A stretch of DNA of 64,000 bases. Origin: Eledone cirrhosa (lineage: Eukaryota). Positions 1 through 15,327 of this stretch are shown here, piece by piece. The notes under the pieces are model-generated. The model was not told where the DNA came from, did not search any database, and saw only the letters and a program-made list of their open reading frames with translations. Both the position numbers and the translations under genes were made by a program. Every line of letters starts with the position of its first letter. Positions within the stretch are counted from its first letter, which is position 1. The stretch covers positions 46,810,001-46,874,000 of the forward strand of contig OZ024743.1 in the NCBI GenBank assembly GCA_964016885.1, read 5' to 3'.

Positions 1-19
1 GCTTCCAACACAATCTCTG

Positions 20-76
<57 letters not shown>

Positions 77-2299
77 CAGTCTGCTCAGATTCTGATATAG
101 CCTGCTCTGTTGTTGTTGAGATTTCCAAATGATCGGGTGAAATTCCAACATGGTGCTCTTCTGATGTCAACACAATCTGTTGCTGTTCATTTGACTTACA
201 AACAATTTCTTCTTTCTGTTGTTGTCCAGATTCCAACAAAATTCGTTGTTGCTGAGTAAATGTAGAGTCGGATACAACCTGTAAGAGTTGATCTGATTCT
301 GTTAGAATAGGTTGCCATTGTTCACACTTTGGCAAAGTCTTCTGCTGTGATTGTTCTTCAGATTCATAATTTTGTTGTTTCTCATCAAATTGTTGTAGTT
401 CCTGCTCTGTTTCAGTCATGAACTGTGTTTGTTCAGGAATATATTGCACTTGCTGTTCCTCAATATACTGTGTCTCATGCTCTGACTGAGGTATAAACTG
501 CAGCTGCTCGGGTGAAGTCAAATGAGATGGTAATTCTTCTGATACACAGTGCAGTTGCTCTTCTGCGATAGATGCTTGCTGTTCTTCTGATACATATTGT
601 TCAGCTGCCCTAAACTGATCGTGCTGTTCCTGCAGTTCAAACTCCATGTGTTTCTCAGATGAAAATTCTGTCTCCTGATCTCCAGACTCAAACTCACTTT
701 GTTGATCATGAGAAGTAAATTGCACTTGCTGTTCCTCCGAGATGTACTGAACTTGTTGATCCTCTGAGATGTACTCAACTTGTTGTTCCTCTGAAATGAA
801 CTCGACTTGTTGTTCCTCCGAGATGAACTCAACTTGCTGCTCTCCTTGCAGATGTAAGAATTGAACATGCTGCTCATTGGGTATTTGCACAAACTCCATT
901 TGTGGTTCTGCAGATATTGTTTCAAACTGCATTTGCTCCTCTTCAGATATTGACTCGATTTGAACTTCTTGAGCTTCAGACTCTGCCCCAACAAACTGAG
1001 AAATTTGTTCAGATTCTGTTGCAAGCTGAGGTAAGACTTTTGCTGGAGATTGTTCTTCAGAAACCAATGCCAACTGCACTTGATCCTCTGATGATACAAA
1101 AGAGATTTTCTGTTGTTCAGATTCAACAATGATTGCTTCTTTCTTTTTAGATGATTCACATTTCTTTTCTTCTTCTTCTTCTTCTTCTTCTTCATCTTCT
1201 TCATCTTCTTCTTCTTCTTCGAGTTGTTCTTTCGATACAAACTGCTGTAAATGTACCGATTCTTGTAGCTCTTGCTGCTGGAGTGACTTTTGTAAAATGT
1301 ACTCTGAAGTAATTTGCTGTTGCATGTTGGAAATCTCTTGCCATTCTTGCTTGGTTTCTTGTCTAGAATCTGCTTCAGAAGATTCTGATTCGAGATATTG
1401 TGGTTGTTCCATTTCTGGGTTAACAGTATGTTCATATTCATGATCATAATGGGGAACTGGTTGTGTTTGTTCAGATTCCGCCATTGGTACTTGTTGCTGG
1501 CTTGTATCTGATTCAAGACTTTGCAAGTTTTCTGATCCTGGTGTGACTGGCTTTGATTCAGATATAGCCAATTGAGAATGTGACTCATCTTCCTGTTGTT
1601 GAAACTCTGACTCACAATCTTGAATTTCTGACAGAGATCTATGAGAATTACCCATTTCAACATCATCCACATCAGTAACAGAATCTTGAAGTTTAGCATC
1701 ATCAATAGGCTGAATTTTTGGTTCCACTTCATGTTGTTGTGAACCATCAACCTGTGGCTCTGGAGATAAATTTGGTCTTGTATCTGGCAACGGGAATTGT
1801 TGTACATCCTCTTGTTGCTCTGATACAAGTAAAACATCTTGTGTTTCAAATTGCTGAACTTGTGTCTCAAATTGTTGTGGCTGTTCGGTTTGCTGTTCGA
1901 CAGTTGTTGGGTGAAATAATACTTGTTCATAACTGTGTACTGTTGATAACTCTTGTGAAGAGTCTGTTTCCTGCTTCCATAACTGGCTATTTTTCGATAT
2001 CTCTGGTTGTTCCTTATCTTCAAGAGATTGGCATGAAAGTGAAGGAGATTGTTGAGATGTATTAGAAGGAAGTGGAGGAGATACCAAACATTCTGAAGGA
2101 TTAGCTTGACTTGAACATAATTGTTGATCTTGCTCTTCTTCATTCGTTTGCTGGAGAATTTTACTTTCAGAATTACTCTGCTGTTCAGATTGTACATCAG
2201 CACCATCATTACTTTCTAGGAGATATGTGGTTGCAGAATCAGCTAATTCTTCAGGTTCTTGGTGTTTCTCCACCAGCTTTTCTTTTTCCGTTAATTGGG
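1..2299 (-). CDS. Large internal exon of a host gene; Q/E-rich low-complexity protein, runs off the left edge
   Basis: Acceptor TTTCTTTTAATTTTGTAG| precedes 2299 on the minus strand (phase 1). The frame reads QLTEKEKLVEKHQEPEELADSATTYLLESNDGADVQSEQQ... and the same frame gives EQQVEFISEEQQVEYISEDQQ (about 720-845) and polyQ-PEIVLE at the window start. It is not in the ORF track, consistent with no stop before position 1. Confidence 0.85.
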
Positions 2300-2733
2300 C
2301 TACAAAATTAAAAGAAACAATAACAATCACATATATTAGCACATTTACACATCAAATCAAGGTTTTTTGATGGTGTAAAATACAATTAAAATAAAATCTC
2401 ATGAAGTAAATATTGGTTAGGACAAAAGAATACAACATCAGTGATACTCTGGTAGAGTATTATTGATGATGTCGCAGGTGTGTGATGAAAGAACTCTGAG
2501 AGACTATATAAATATATATTTATATCTATATTTTTAACTGTTGATCAATCAATGATAAACATTGATTACCAACTGAATTAACTAAGAGGATATAAAAGAT
2601 ACGAAAGCAAAAACAAACCCAAATAATATATTTCTTGCAATATTATAACAACATGATCCTCCCCAAATATAACTATTTTTGTTTCCAACACATTATTTCA
2701 TATCAAAAACCTGGCAAAACAGATTCATATATT

Positions 2734-2764
<31 letters not shown>

Positions 2765-2814
2765 GTACACATATATCTATATATACATATATACATACAT
2801 ATATATATACATAG

Positions 2815-5800
2815 ACAAACACACCTCGTGGACGAGAATGCGAGCATTCCTCTTTGTTTCGGCCGCGGATGGCCAACATAACCCCATCTCCCCCCGCTCC
2901 CCACCGTTCCCACCCTCCAAACGCAATCCAAAACTTCAGAGTTGGTACCTTGAATGTAGGCACCTTAAAGGGTCGCTCTAACGAGGTTGTAGAAATGCTT
3001 GAACGTAAGGAGGTTGATGTTTGTTGTATTCAAGAGACCAGGTGGAGGGGTGGATCTGCTAGATTCATTGTGGGTAGAAAACGATGCTATAAGCTTTTCT
3101 GGGTGGGAAATGACAATGGGCTGGGTGGAGTAGGATTCATGGTAGCAGAAAAGTGGGCAGATAAGATAATAGACGTAAATAGAATGAACGACAGAATAAT
3201 TAAAATAAGACTTGTCCTCAATAGAACTACGGTGACAGTAATATCCGCGTACGCACCCCAATCCGGACTGCCCAGCACTATAAAAGACAGATTCTATGAG
3301 ACACTGATGCTCACTACCTCCCAAATAACCGACAGTGACTATATAATTATTGCAGGCGACCTAAATGGTCACGTTGGACAACATTGTGACGGCTACGATG
3401 AAATCCATGGAGGCTATGGGTTTGGTACTAGAAATGAGGACGGCTCCAGAATCCTGGAATTCTGTGACGCAAATAACCTAACTATCTGCAACACTAACTT
3501 CAAAAAACGAGACAATCACTTGATCACCTACAGATCAGGGGAACATACCAGCCAGGTAGATTATATCCTTACCAGGAGACGTGACAGAGTGACTGTTGTA
3601 AACACTAAATCCCTCCCCCATGAAGATTGCACCTCCCAACATAGACTGATAATTAGCGACCTAATAGTCAGGACGAGACGTACTAGACAACAGAAGAGGA
3701 CTATCCTCAGGAGAAAAATATGGAAGCTAAAAGACCCCACAGCCAAAAATAAATTTCAAAGCATATTACTTGATGCTTTCGACAGTAAGGAAGAGCATTT
3801 AGAGTCGGACAATATAGAGGGACAGTGGGAATTTCTGAAAGCAAACCTGCTGATGGCGACAGATGAAGTCTGTGGCTGGAGCAGGCCTGTTGGCAGGAGG
3901 AGAGTAACTTGGTGGTGGAACAGTAAGGTGGAGGAGTCAATCAAGGCCAAAAAGCAGGCTTGGAAAGTATGGCGGGATGGGGGAAGTAGAGAAGACTATC
4001 AAGTGGCCAGGAGGGAAGCTAGAAGACAAGTGTACTTCGCAAGAAGGGAAGCAGAGGAAAGAAAGTTCAAGCATGTTCTACAACGCGAGGACCAAAAACG
4101 TGAGGTGTTCAGGATTGCTATGCAATGTGTCAAGGAAAACAGTGATATTGTCGGGGAGAAGTGTGTACTTAATGATGACGGCGTACTTGCCATCACCGAC
4201 GCTAATAAGAAGGTAGCTTGGAAGTGTCACTATGAAAGGCTACTAAATGAGAATAAATGGGAGAAAGACAGTCTCCTCCACATCGACCCAATAGAGGGAC
4301 CAGCAGTGTTAGTCGAGGGTAGTATAATAAGTAAGGCAATCAAAGATATGAAGACGGGTAAGGCGGCTGGGCCTTCGGAAATAGTTGCCGAGATGCTGAA
4401 GGCATCTGGTACGGTGGGACACACCATGGTCACCCGGATAGTCAACCAAGTCATACAGAATGGGGCTGTTCCGAAGGACTGGCGTAGCAGCATCATCGTT
4501 AACTGTTATAAGGGTAAAGGAGATGCCCTAGTTAGGAGTAACTATAGAGGCATTAAATTAATCGACCAGGTCATGAAGGTCACGGAAAAAGTAATAGCGC
4601 AACTAATCAGAGAGCGAATTGATCTAGATGAAATGCAGTTCGGGTTTGTGTCAGGAAAAAGTACCACAGACGCTCTTTTCATTGTACGACAACTACAGGA
4701 GAAGTACCTAGCTAAAAGTAAACCCCTATACTTAGCTTTCGTCGACTTGGAGAAAGCCTTCGACAGAGTCCCCCGTTATCTGGTGGGCTCTTAGAAAACT
4801 AGGTGTTGATGAATGGCTTGTGAGAGCTATACAAGCCATGTATGAAGAAACAGTCAGCAAGGTTAGAATTAACAACGAATATAGTGAAGAGTTTAGTGCA
4901 AAAGTTGGTGTTCATCAGGGCTCTGTTCTTAGCCCCCTACTATTTATTATTGCCCTCCAGGCTATCACAGTGGAGTTCAAGACCGGCTGCCCATGGGAAC
5001 TCCTATACGCAGATGATCTAACGCTCATAGCTGAAACAATCGCCGAGCTAGAGAAGAAATTCCAAACATGGAAGCACGGCCTAGAATCAAAAGGCCTTAA
5101 AATTAACCTGGCTAAGACTAAAGTTCTAGTTTGTAAGAAAGAAAATAAGTCGGCGGTCCCCTCCGGGAAGTGGCCATGCTCAGAGTGTAGGAAAGGCGTA
5201 TGTAGAAACTCCATTTTGTGTCCCAAATACAAAGTTTGGGTGCATAAAAGATGTAGTGGGATCACAGGTAAGCTAACTAAGAACATAGATTTTACATGTG
5301 GCCGGTGTTATGGGGCAATAAGTAGCAGCAAGTGCCCAAAAAATACTAGCTCTTTCAACTGCGCAGAGGGTTCTATAGAAATAGTGGACAGCTTCCGTTA
5401 CCTGGGTGACAAAATCAGCAGTGGGGGAGGGTGCTCTGAAAGTACAGTAGCTAGAGTCAGAACTGGGTGGAAAAAGTTCAGAGAGCTCATACCACTATTA
5501 GCCGCTAAAGGGTTCTCCCTAAAAATGAAAGGCAGGTTGTACGATGCCTGCATACGAACAGCAATGTTGCATGGCAGTGAGACCTGGGCATTGTGTGCAG
5601 AGGATATACGCAGACTAGAGAGAAACGAAGCTTGCATGCTCCACTGGATGTGTAATAGTAATATACGTGAACGGCAAAGCATAAACGAACTAAGGGTGAA
5701 ATTAGGAATAAGAGGGATCAGATGTTGTTTACTCGAGAGAAGGCTACGTTGGTATGGTCACGTTGTGCGCATGAAGGACGATAGCTGTATAACAAAGTGC

Positions 5801-6360
5801 AGGGCAATAAAGATAGACGGTGGCCACGGAATAGGCAGACCCAGAAAAACCTGGGACGACCTCATAAATTCCGACCTCACACACTTACACCTCACCAAGA
5901 CAATGTCACTGGACCGAGACCTTTGGCGGTACTCAGTAATAGAGAAGACCCGCCTTACCTAAATACAAAGTAAAACCTACTACAGTCAGTAGGCATCTCT
6001 AACAAAATACACCCCCGTCCCTCCACCCCCACCGCATCCACACCGCCCCTTTCAATATAAAGTTATGTTGGTGCCACAACATCCAGGCCGAAACAAATGA
6101 GATCGTGTAGGTGTCACGTCAAAAAAACACACAGTTCACGCTGTAATGTGGCCGTGTAGGCAACACGGTAAAAACCTCCCAGTCCCACAGTGTAAATGTG
6201 GTTGGTGTTAGGAAGGGCATCCAGCTGTAGAAAACCCGCCAGATAGTCCTATGCGAGCAAGATAACCACTCTTGTCTCAAGTGGGAAAACCCTCCGTCCA
6301 AACCCATGCAAGCATGGAACACGGACGTTAAACGATGATGATGATGATGATGATGATGAT
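2815..6360 (+). mobile_element. RTE-clade LINE, family A, near full length (APE endonuclease + RT + PHD-like finger), one frameshift
   Basis: ORFs 2854-4794 (GTLNVGTL, IQETRW, SAYAPQ, GDLNGH, SQH, QFGF, FVDLEKAFD) and 4820-5962 ([19 protein letters not shown]). 3'UTR ends in a (GAT)n tail at about 6334-6360. Confidence 0.95.
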
Positions 6361-6693
6361 AGACACATATATATATATATACATACACACATGTACACAT
6401 ATCTATATATACATATATATATACATAGACACATATATATATATATATATACACATATATATATGTATATATATATGTATATATATATGTATATATATAT
6501 GTATATATATATATATATAGATATACACATATATATGTATATATATATATGTGTAAAAACTTAAAAACGGTAAAAACTTGAAAAATTAAAACCACAACTG
6601 AATACTAACCCATACAATTACTAATACTCTTTTATTCCTAATTAAACCATTTTTCAACTGTGAACAATTTGTCAGCATTTTCTATTCCGTTTA

Positions 6694-6727
<34 letters not shown>

Positions 6728-6760
6728 TATACACATATATACATGTATATATATATATAT

Positions 6761-7962
6761 AAGGCGCCGGTCCCTTCCGGGAAATGGCCATGCTCAGTGT
6801 GTAGGAAAGGCGTAGGTAGAAACTCCATTTTATGTCACAAATGCAAAGTATGGGTGCATAAAAGATGTAGTGGGATCATAGGTAAGCTAACTAAGAACAT
6901 AGATTTTACATGTGGCCAGTGCTCTGGTGCAATAAGTAGCAGCAAGTGCCCACAAAGTACTAGCTCTTTCAATTGCACAGAGGATTCTATAGAAATAGTG
7001 AACAGCTTCTGTTACCTGGGTGACAAAATCAGCAGTGGGGGAGGGTGCTCTGAAAGTACAGTAGCTAGAGTCAAAACTGGATGGAAAAAGTTCAGACAGC
7101 TTATACCACTATTAGCCGCTAAAGGGTTCTCCCTAAAAATGAAAGGCAGGCTGTATGATGCCTGCATACGAACAGCAATGTTGCATGGCAGTGAGACCTG
7201 GGCATTGTGTGCAGAGGATATACGCAGACTAGAGAGGAACGAAGCTTGCATGCTCCGCTGGATGTGTAATAGTAATATACGCGAACGGCAAAGCATAAAT
7301 GAACTAAGGGAAAAATTAGAAATAAAAGGGATCAGATGTTGTTTACTCGAGAGAAGGCTACGTTGGTATGGTCACATGATGCGCATGAAAGACGACAGCT
7401 GTATAAAAAAGTGCAGGGCAATAAAGATAGACGGTAGCCATGGAGTAGGCAGACCCAGAAAAACCTGGGACGACCCGATAAACTCCGACCTCACACACTT
7501 ACACCTCTCCAAGACAATGTCACTGGACCGAGATCTTTGGCGGCACTCAGTAATAGAGAAGACACGCCTTACCTAAATACAAAGTAAAACCTACTACAGT
7601 CAGTAGGCATCTCTAACAAAATACACCCCCCGTCCCACCACCCCCACCCCATCCACACCGCCCCTTTCAATGTAAAGTTATGTTGGTGCCACAACATCCA
7701 GGCCGAAACAAATGAGATCGTGTAGGTGTCACGACAAAAAAACACACAGTCCACGCTGTAATGTGGCCGTGTAGGCAACACGGTAAAAACCTCCCAGTCC
7801 CACACTGTAAATGTGGTTGGAGTTAGGAAGGGCATCCAGCTGTAGAAAACCCGCCAGCTGTAGAAAAAACCAGACAACCACTCTTGCCTCAAGTGAGAAA
7901 ACTCCTGTCCAAACCCATGCAAGCGTGGAACATGGACGTTAAACGATGATGATGATGATGAT
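6761..7962 (+). mobile_element. RTE family A, 5'-truncated
   Basis: ORF 6743-7576 C-terminal RT region; same 3'UTR and (GAT)n tail. Confidence 0.93.
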
Positions 7963-8059
7963 ATATATATAATGCATATATATATATATATATATATAAT
8001 GCATATATATATATATATATATATATATAATGCATATATATATATATATATATATATAA

Positions 8060-8094
<35 letters not shown>
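7961..8094. repeat. [TAATGCA(TA)n] interrupted microsatellite
   Basis: Four TAATGCA units separated by variable TA, between two tail-to-tail RTEs. Confidence 0.9.
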
Positions 8095-8096
<2 letters not shown>

Positions 8097-10850
8097 TCAT
8101 CATCATCATCATCAACGTTTAACGTCCGTGTTCCACGCTTGCATGGGTTTGGACGGGGGTAGTCCCACTTGAGGCAAGAGTGATTGTCTTGCTCGCATAG
8201 GACTGTCTGGCAGGTTTTCTACAGTTGGATGCCCTTCCTAACACCAACCACATTTACAGTGTGGGTCTGGGAGGTTTTTACCGTGTTGCCTACACGGCCA
8301 CATTACAGCGTGGACTGTGTGTTTTTTTGTCGTGACACCTACACGATCTCATTTGTTTCGGCCTCGAAGGCGCGGCACCAACATAACTTTACATAGAACG
8401 GGGTGGTGTGGATCGGGTGGGGGTGGGGGTGGTGGGACGGGGTGTATTTTGTTAGAGATGCCTACTGGCTGGAGTAGGTTTTACTATATATTTAGGTAAG
8501 GCGGGTCTTCTCTGTTACTGAGTACCGCCAAAGGTCTCGGTCCAGTGACATTGTCTTGGAGAGGTGTAAGTGTGTGATGTCGGAGTTTATCAGCTCGTCC
8601 CAGGTTTTTCTAGGTCTGCCTATTCCGTGACTACCGTCTATCTTTATTGCCCTGCACTTTGTTATACAGCTATCGACTTTCATGCGCATCACGTGTCCAT
8701 ACCAACGTAGCCTTCTCTCGAGTAAACAACATCTGATCCCTCTTATCTCTAATTTTTTCCTTAGTTCGTTTATGCTTTGCCGTTCACGTATATTACTGTT
8801 ACACATCCAGCGGAGCATGCAAGCTTCGTTCCTCTCTAGTCTGCGTATATCCTCTGCACACAATGCCCAGGTCTCACTGCCATGCAGCATTGCTGTTCGT
8901 ATGCAGGCATCGTACAACCTGCCTTTCATTTTTAGGGAGAACCCTTTAGCAGCTAATAGTGGTATAAGCTCTCTGAACTTTTTCCAACCAGTTCTGACTC
9001 TAGCTACAGTACTTTCAGAGCACCCTCCCCCACTGCTGATTTTATCGCCCAGGTAACGGAAGCTGTCCACTATTTCTATAGAACCCTCTGCGCAATTGAA
9101 AGAGCTAGTAGTTTGTGGGCACTTGCTGCTACTTATTGCACCAGAGCACCGGCCACATGTAAAATCTATGTTCTTAGTTAGCTTACCTGTGATCCCACTA
9201 CATCTTTTATGCACCCATACTTTGCATTTAGGACATAAAATGGAGTTTCTACCTACGCCTTTCCTACACACCGAGCACGACCATTTCCCAGAAGGGACCG
9301 CCGCCTTGTTTTCTTTCCTACAAACTAGCACTTTGGTCTTAGCCAGGTTAATTTTAAGTCCTTTTGACTCTAGGCCGTGCTTCCATGTTTGGAATTTCTT
9401 CTCTAGCTCGGCCATTGATTCCGCTATGAGTGTCAGGTCGTCTGCGTATAGGAGTTCCCATGGGCAGCCTGTCTTGAACTCCTCTGTTATAGCCTGAAGG
9501 GCAATAATAAATAGTAGTGGACTGAGAACAGAGCCCTGATGGACGCCAACTTTTACGCTAAACTCTTCACTATATTCGTTGTTAATTCTAACCTTGCTGA
9601 CTGTTTCTTTATACATGGCTTGTATAGCCCTCACAAGCCATTCGTCAACGCCTAGTTTTCTAAGAGCCCACCAGATAATGGAGCGGGGGGACTCTGTCGA
9701 AGGCTTTCTCCAAGTCGACAAAAGCTAAGTAGAGGGGTTTACCTTTAGCTAGGTACTTCTCCTGTAGTTGTCGTACTATGAAAAGAGCGTCTGTGGTACT
9801 TTTGCCTGACACAAACCCGAACTGCATTTCATCTAGGTCAATTCTCTCTCTGATTAGTTGCGCTATTACTCTTTCCGTGACCTTCATGACCTGGTCGATT
9901 AATTTAATGCCTCTATAGTTACTCCTATCTAGGGCGTCTCCTTTACCCTTATAACAGTTAACGATGATGCTGCTATGCCAGTCCTTCGGAACAACCCCAT
10001 TCTGTACGACTTGGTTAACTATGCGGGTGACCATGGTGTGTCCCACCGTGCCAGATGCCTTCAGCATCTCAGCAACTATTTCCGAAGGCCCAGCCGCCTT
10101 ACCAGTCTTCATATCCTTGATTGCCTTACTTATTATACTCCCCTCGACTAACACTGCTGGTCCCTCTATTGGGTCGATATGGGGGAGACTGCCTTTCTCC
10201 CAATTATTCTCCTCATTTAGAAGCCTTTCATAGTGACACTTCCAAGCTACCTTCTTATCAGCGTCGGTGATGGCAAGTGTGCCATCGTCGTTTAGTACAC
10301 ACTTCTCCCCGACAATATCACGGTTTTCCTTGACACATTGCCTAGCAATCCTGAACACCTCACGTTTTTGGTCATCGCGTTGTAGAACATGCTTGAACTT
10401 TCTTTCCTCAGCTTCCCTTCTTGCTAAGTACACTTGTCTCCTAGCTTCCCTCCTGGCCACTTGATAGTCCTCTCTACTTCCCCCATCCCGCCATACTTTC
10501 CAAGCCTGCTTTTTGGCCTTAATTGACCCCTCCACCTTACTGTTCCACCACCATGTTACTCTCCTCCTGCCTACAGGCCTGCTCCAGCCACAGACTTCGT
10601 CTGTCGCCAACAGCAGGTTTGCTTTCAGAAATTCCCACTCTCCCTCTATATTGTCCGACTCTAAATGTTCTTCCTTACTGTCGAAAGCATCAAGTAATAT
10701 GCTTTGAAATTTATTCCTGGCTGTGGGGTCCTTTAGCTTCCATATTTTCCTCCTGAGGATAGTCCTCTTCTGTTGTCGAGTACGTCTCGTCCTGACTATG
10801 AGGTCGCTAATTATCAGTCTATGTTGGGAGGTGCATTCTTCATGGGGGAG
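8094..10850 (-). mobile_element. RTE family A, 5'-truncated in the endonuclease, 1-bp frameshift
   Basis: ORFs 9660-10871 and 8492-9721; (CAT)n at the left end. Confidence 0.95.
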
Positions 10851-11372
10851 ATATATATATATATAATGCATATATAGTAATAATAATAAAATTGAAGACT
10901 AAAATCCAAAGAGGGCTCGATAAGGATAAATATATATCAAATATATAAGAACCGTAGAGCAAATATTTATTAAAATAACAGATTAAAGTTTAAGCAAAGA
11001 ATCGCTGCTTTCACCCTTAACGGGATCTTGTCTCCGAACATTCGTGTATTTATATGTAGGTATGTGTGTGCGCTTGTTATATACGTATTTATTTACTTAT
11101 ATACGTTTATATAATTATTTATTTATTTGTACACAAGCATACACACACACATATTTATATGTGCGTGGTTTTGTATACCTATGGTAAGGTTTTGCGTATG
11201 CTTGTGTATGTACATATTTGTTTGCGTGTATGTATTTATTTATTTCTATTACTTCTGTATTGTATTTATTTACTTTGTTCTTAACTCTGTAGCGGAGATT
11301 CATTTGGTCTCCTACTTCTACTTTACCATTTAGCTGGTTTTGTCTTTGCGTGCTAATGTTCTCCACGCTCCA

Positions 11373-12471
<1,099 letters not shown>

Positions 12472-12474
<3 letters not shown>

Positions 12475-13919
12475 TCATCATCATCATCATCAACGTTTAA
12501 CGTCCGTGTTCCACGCTTGCATGGGTTTGGACGGGGGTAGTCCCACTTGAGGCAAGAGTGATTGTCTTGCTCGCATAGGACTGTCTGGCAGGTTTTCTAC
12601 AGTTGGATGCCCTTCCTAACACCAACCACATTTACAGTGTGGGTCTGGGAGGTTTTTACCGTGTTGCCTACACGGCCACATTACAGCGTGGACTGTGTGT
12701 TTTTTTGTCGTGACACCTACACGATCTCATTTGTTTCGGCCCGGATGGCGCGGCACCAACATAACTTTACATAGGACGGGGTGGTGTGGATGGGGTGGGG
12801 GTGGTGGTGGTGGGACGGGGTGTATTTTGTTAGAGATGCCTACTGGCAAGGCGGGTCTTCTCTGTTACTGAGTACCGCCAAAGGTCTCGGTCCAGTGACA
12901 TTGTCTTGGAGAGGTGTAAGTGTGTGAGGTCGGAGTTTATCAGCTCGTCCCAGGTTTTTCTAGGTCTGCCTATTCCGTGGCTACCGTCTATCTTTATTGC
13001 CCTGCACTTTGTTATACAGCTATCGACTTTCATGCGCATCACGTGTCCATACCAACGTAGCCTTCTCTCGAGTAAACAACATCTGATCCCTCTTATCTCT
13101 AATTTTTTCCTTAGTTCGTTTATGCTTTGCCGTTCACGTATATTACTGTTACACATCCAGCGGAGCATGCAAGCTTCGTTCCTCTCTAGTCTGCGTATAT
13201 CCTCTGCACACAATGCCCAGGTCTCACTGCCATGCAACATTGCTGTTCGTATGCAGGCATCGTACAACCTGCCTTTCATTTTTAGGGAGAACCCTTTAGC
13301 AGCTAATAGTGGTATAAGCTCTCTGAACTTTTTCCAACCAGTTCTGACTCTAGCTACAGTACTTTCAGAGCACCCTCCCCCACTGCTGATTTTATCGCCC
13401 AGGTAACGGAAGCTGTCCACTATTTCTATAGAACCCTCTGCGCAATTGAAAGAGCTAGTATTGTGTGGGCACTTGCTGCTACTTATTGCACCAGAACACC
13501 GGCCACATGTAAAATCTATGTTCTTAGTTAGCTTACCTGTGATCCCACTACATCTTTTATGCACCCATACTTTGCATTTAGGACACAAAATGGAGTTTCT
13601 ACCTACGCCTTTCCTACACACCGAGCACGACCATTTCCCAGAAGGGACCGCCGCCTTGTTTTCTTTCCTACAAACTAGAACTTTGGTCTTAGCCAGGTTA
13701 ATTTTAAGTCCTTTTGACTCTAGGCCGTGCTTCCATGTTTGGAATTTCTTCTCTAGCTCGGCCATTGATTCCGCTATGAGTGTCAGGTCGTCTGCGTATA
13801 GGAGTTCCCATGGGCAGCCTGTCTTGAACTCCTCTGTTATAGCCTGAAGGGCAATAATAAATAGTAGGGGGCTGAGAACAGAGCCCTGATGGACGCCAAC
13901 TTTTACGCTAAACTCTTCA
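12472..13919 (-). mobile_element. RTE family A, 5'-truncated, 28-bp deletion variant at the ORF end
   Basis: ORF 12830-14131 (RT from EEFSVKVG to RLASRHL); (CAT)n tail. Confidence 0.95.
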
Positions 13920-13937
13920 TAATGCATATATATATAA

Positions 13938-13985
<48 letters not shown>

Positions 13986-13997
13986 GCATATTTACAT

Positions 13998-14228
13998 AGT
14001 TTACTCAGCTGTAGAAATGAGATGATAGGGACTGGGGTCCATATCATTCCACTGCAAAGTGGTCGTGGAGGTGCCACGGCAAAAAAGCACCCAGCACTCA
14101 CTGTAAATGAGGTTGGTGTTAGGAAGGGCATCCAGCTGTAGAAATCAAGCCAGAATCAGTTCCCGTCCCACCCTTGCAAGCAGGGAAAAAGCGGACGTAA
14201 AATGAAATGAAATGAAATGAATGAAATG

Positions 14229-14230
<2 letters not shown>
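13998..14230 (+). mobile_element. 5'-truncated SINE (CORE remnant + RTE-B-like tail), (TGAAA)n tail
   Basis: Matches the 3' part of the SINEs at 49391-49706 and 49914-50240. Confidence 0.85.

Positions 14231-15327
<1,097 letters not shown>

Noticed and set aside
518-2209. 563-aa ORF as the host protein
   Set aside because: It is a shifted frame of the Q/E-rich exon, whose frame matches the splice acceptor and continues past 518
2965-5682. Antisense ORFs recurring in each RTE copy
   Set aside because: Shadows of the RT ORF; recurrence only reflects copy identity
11000-11040. Possible hammerhead on the minus strand (CCCG-TTAA-GGGT-GAAA)
   Set aside because: No CTGANGA core or stem I
12777-12820. 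G-quadruplex-like tract in the RTE-A 3'UTR antisense strand
   Set aside because: Absent in that form from the partner SINE and variable in length; no evidence of function
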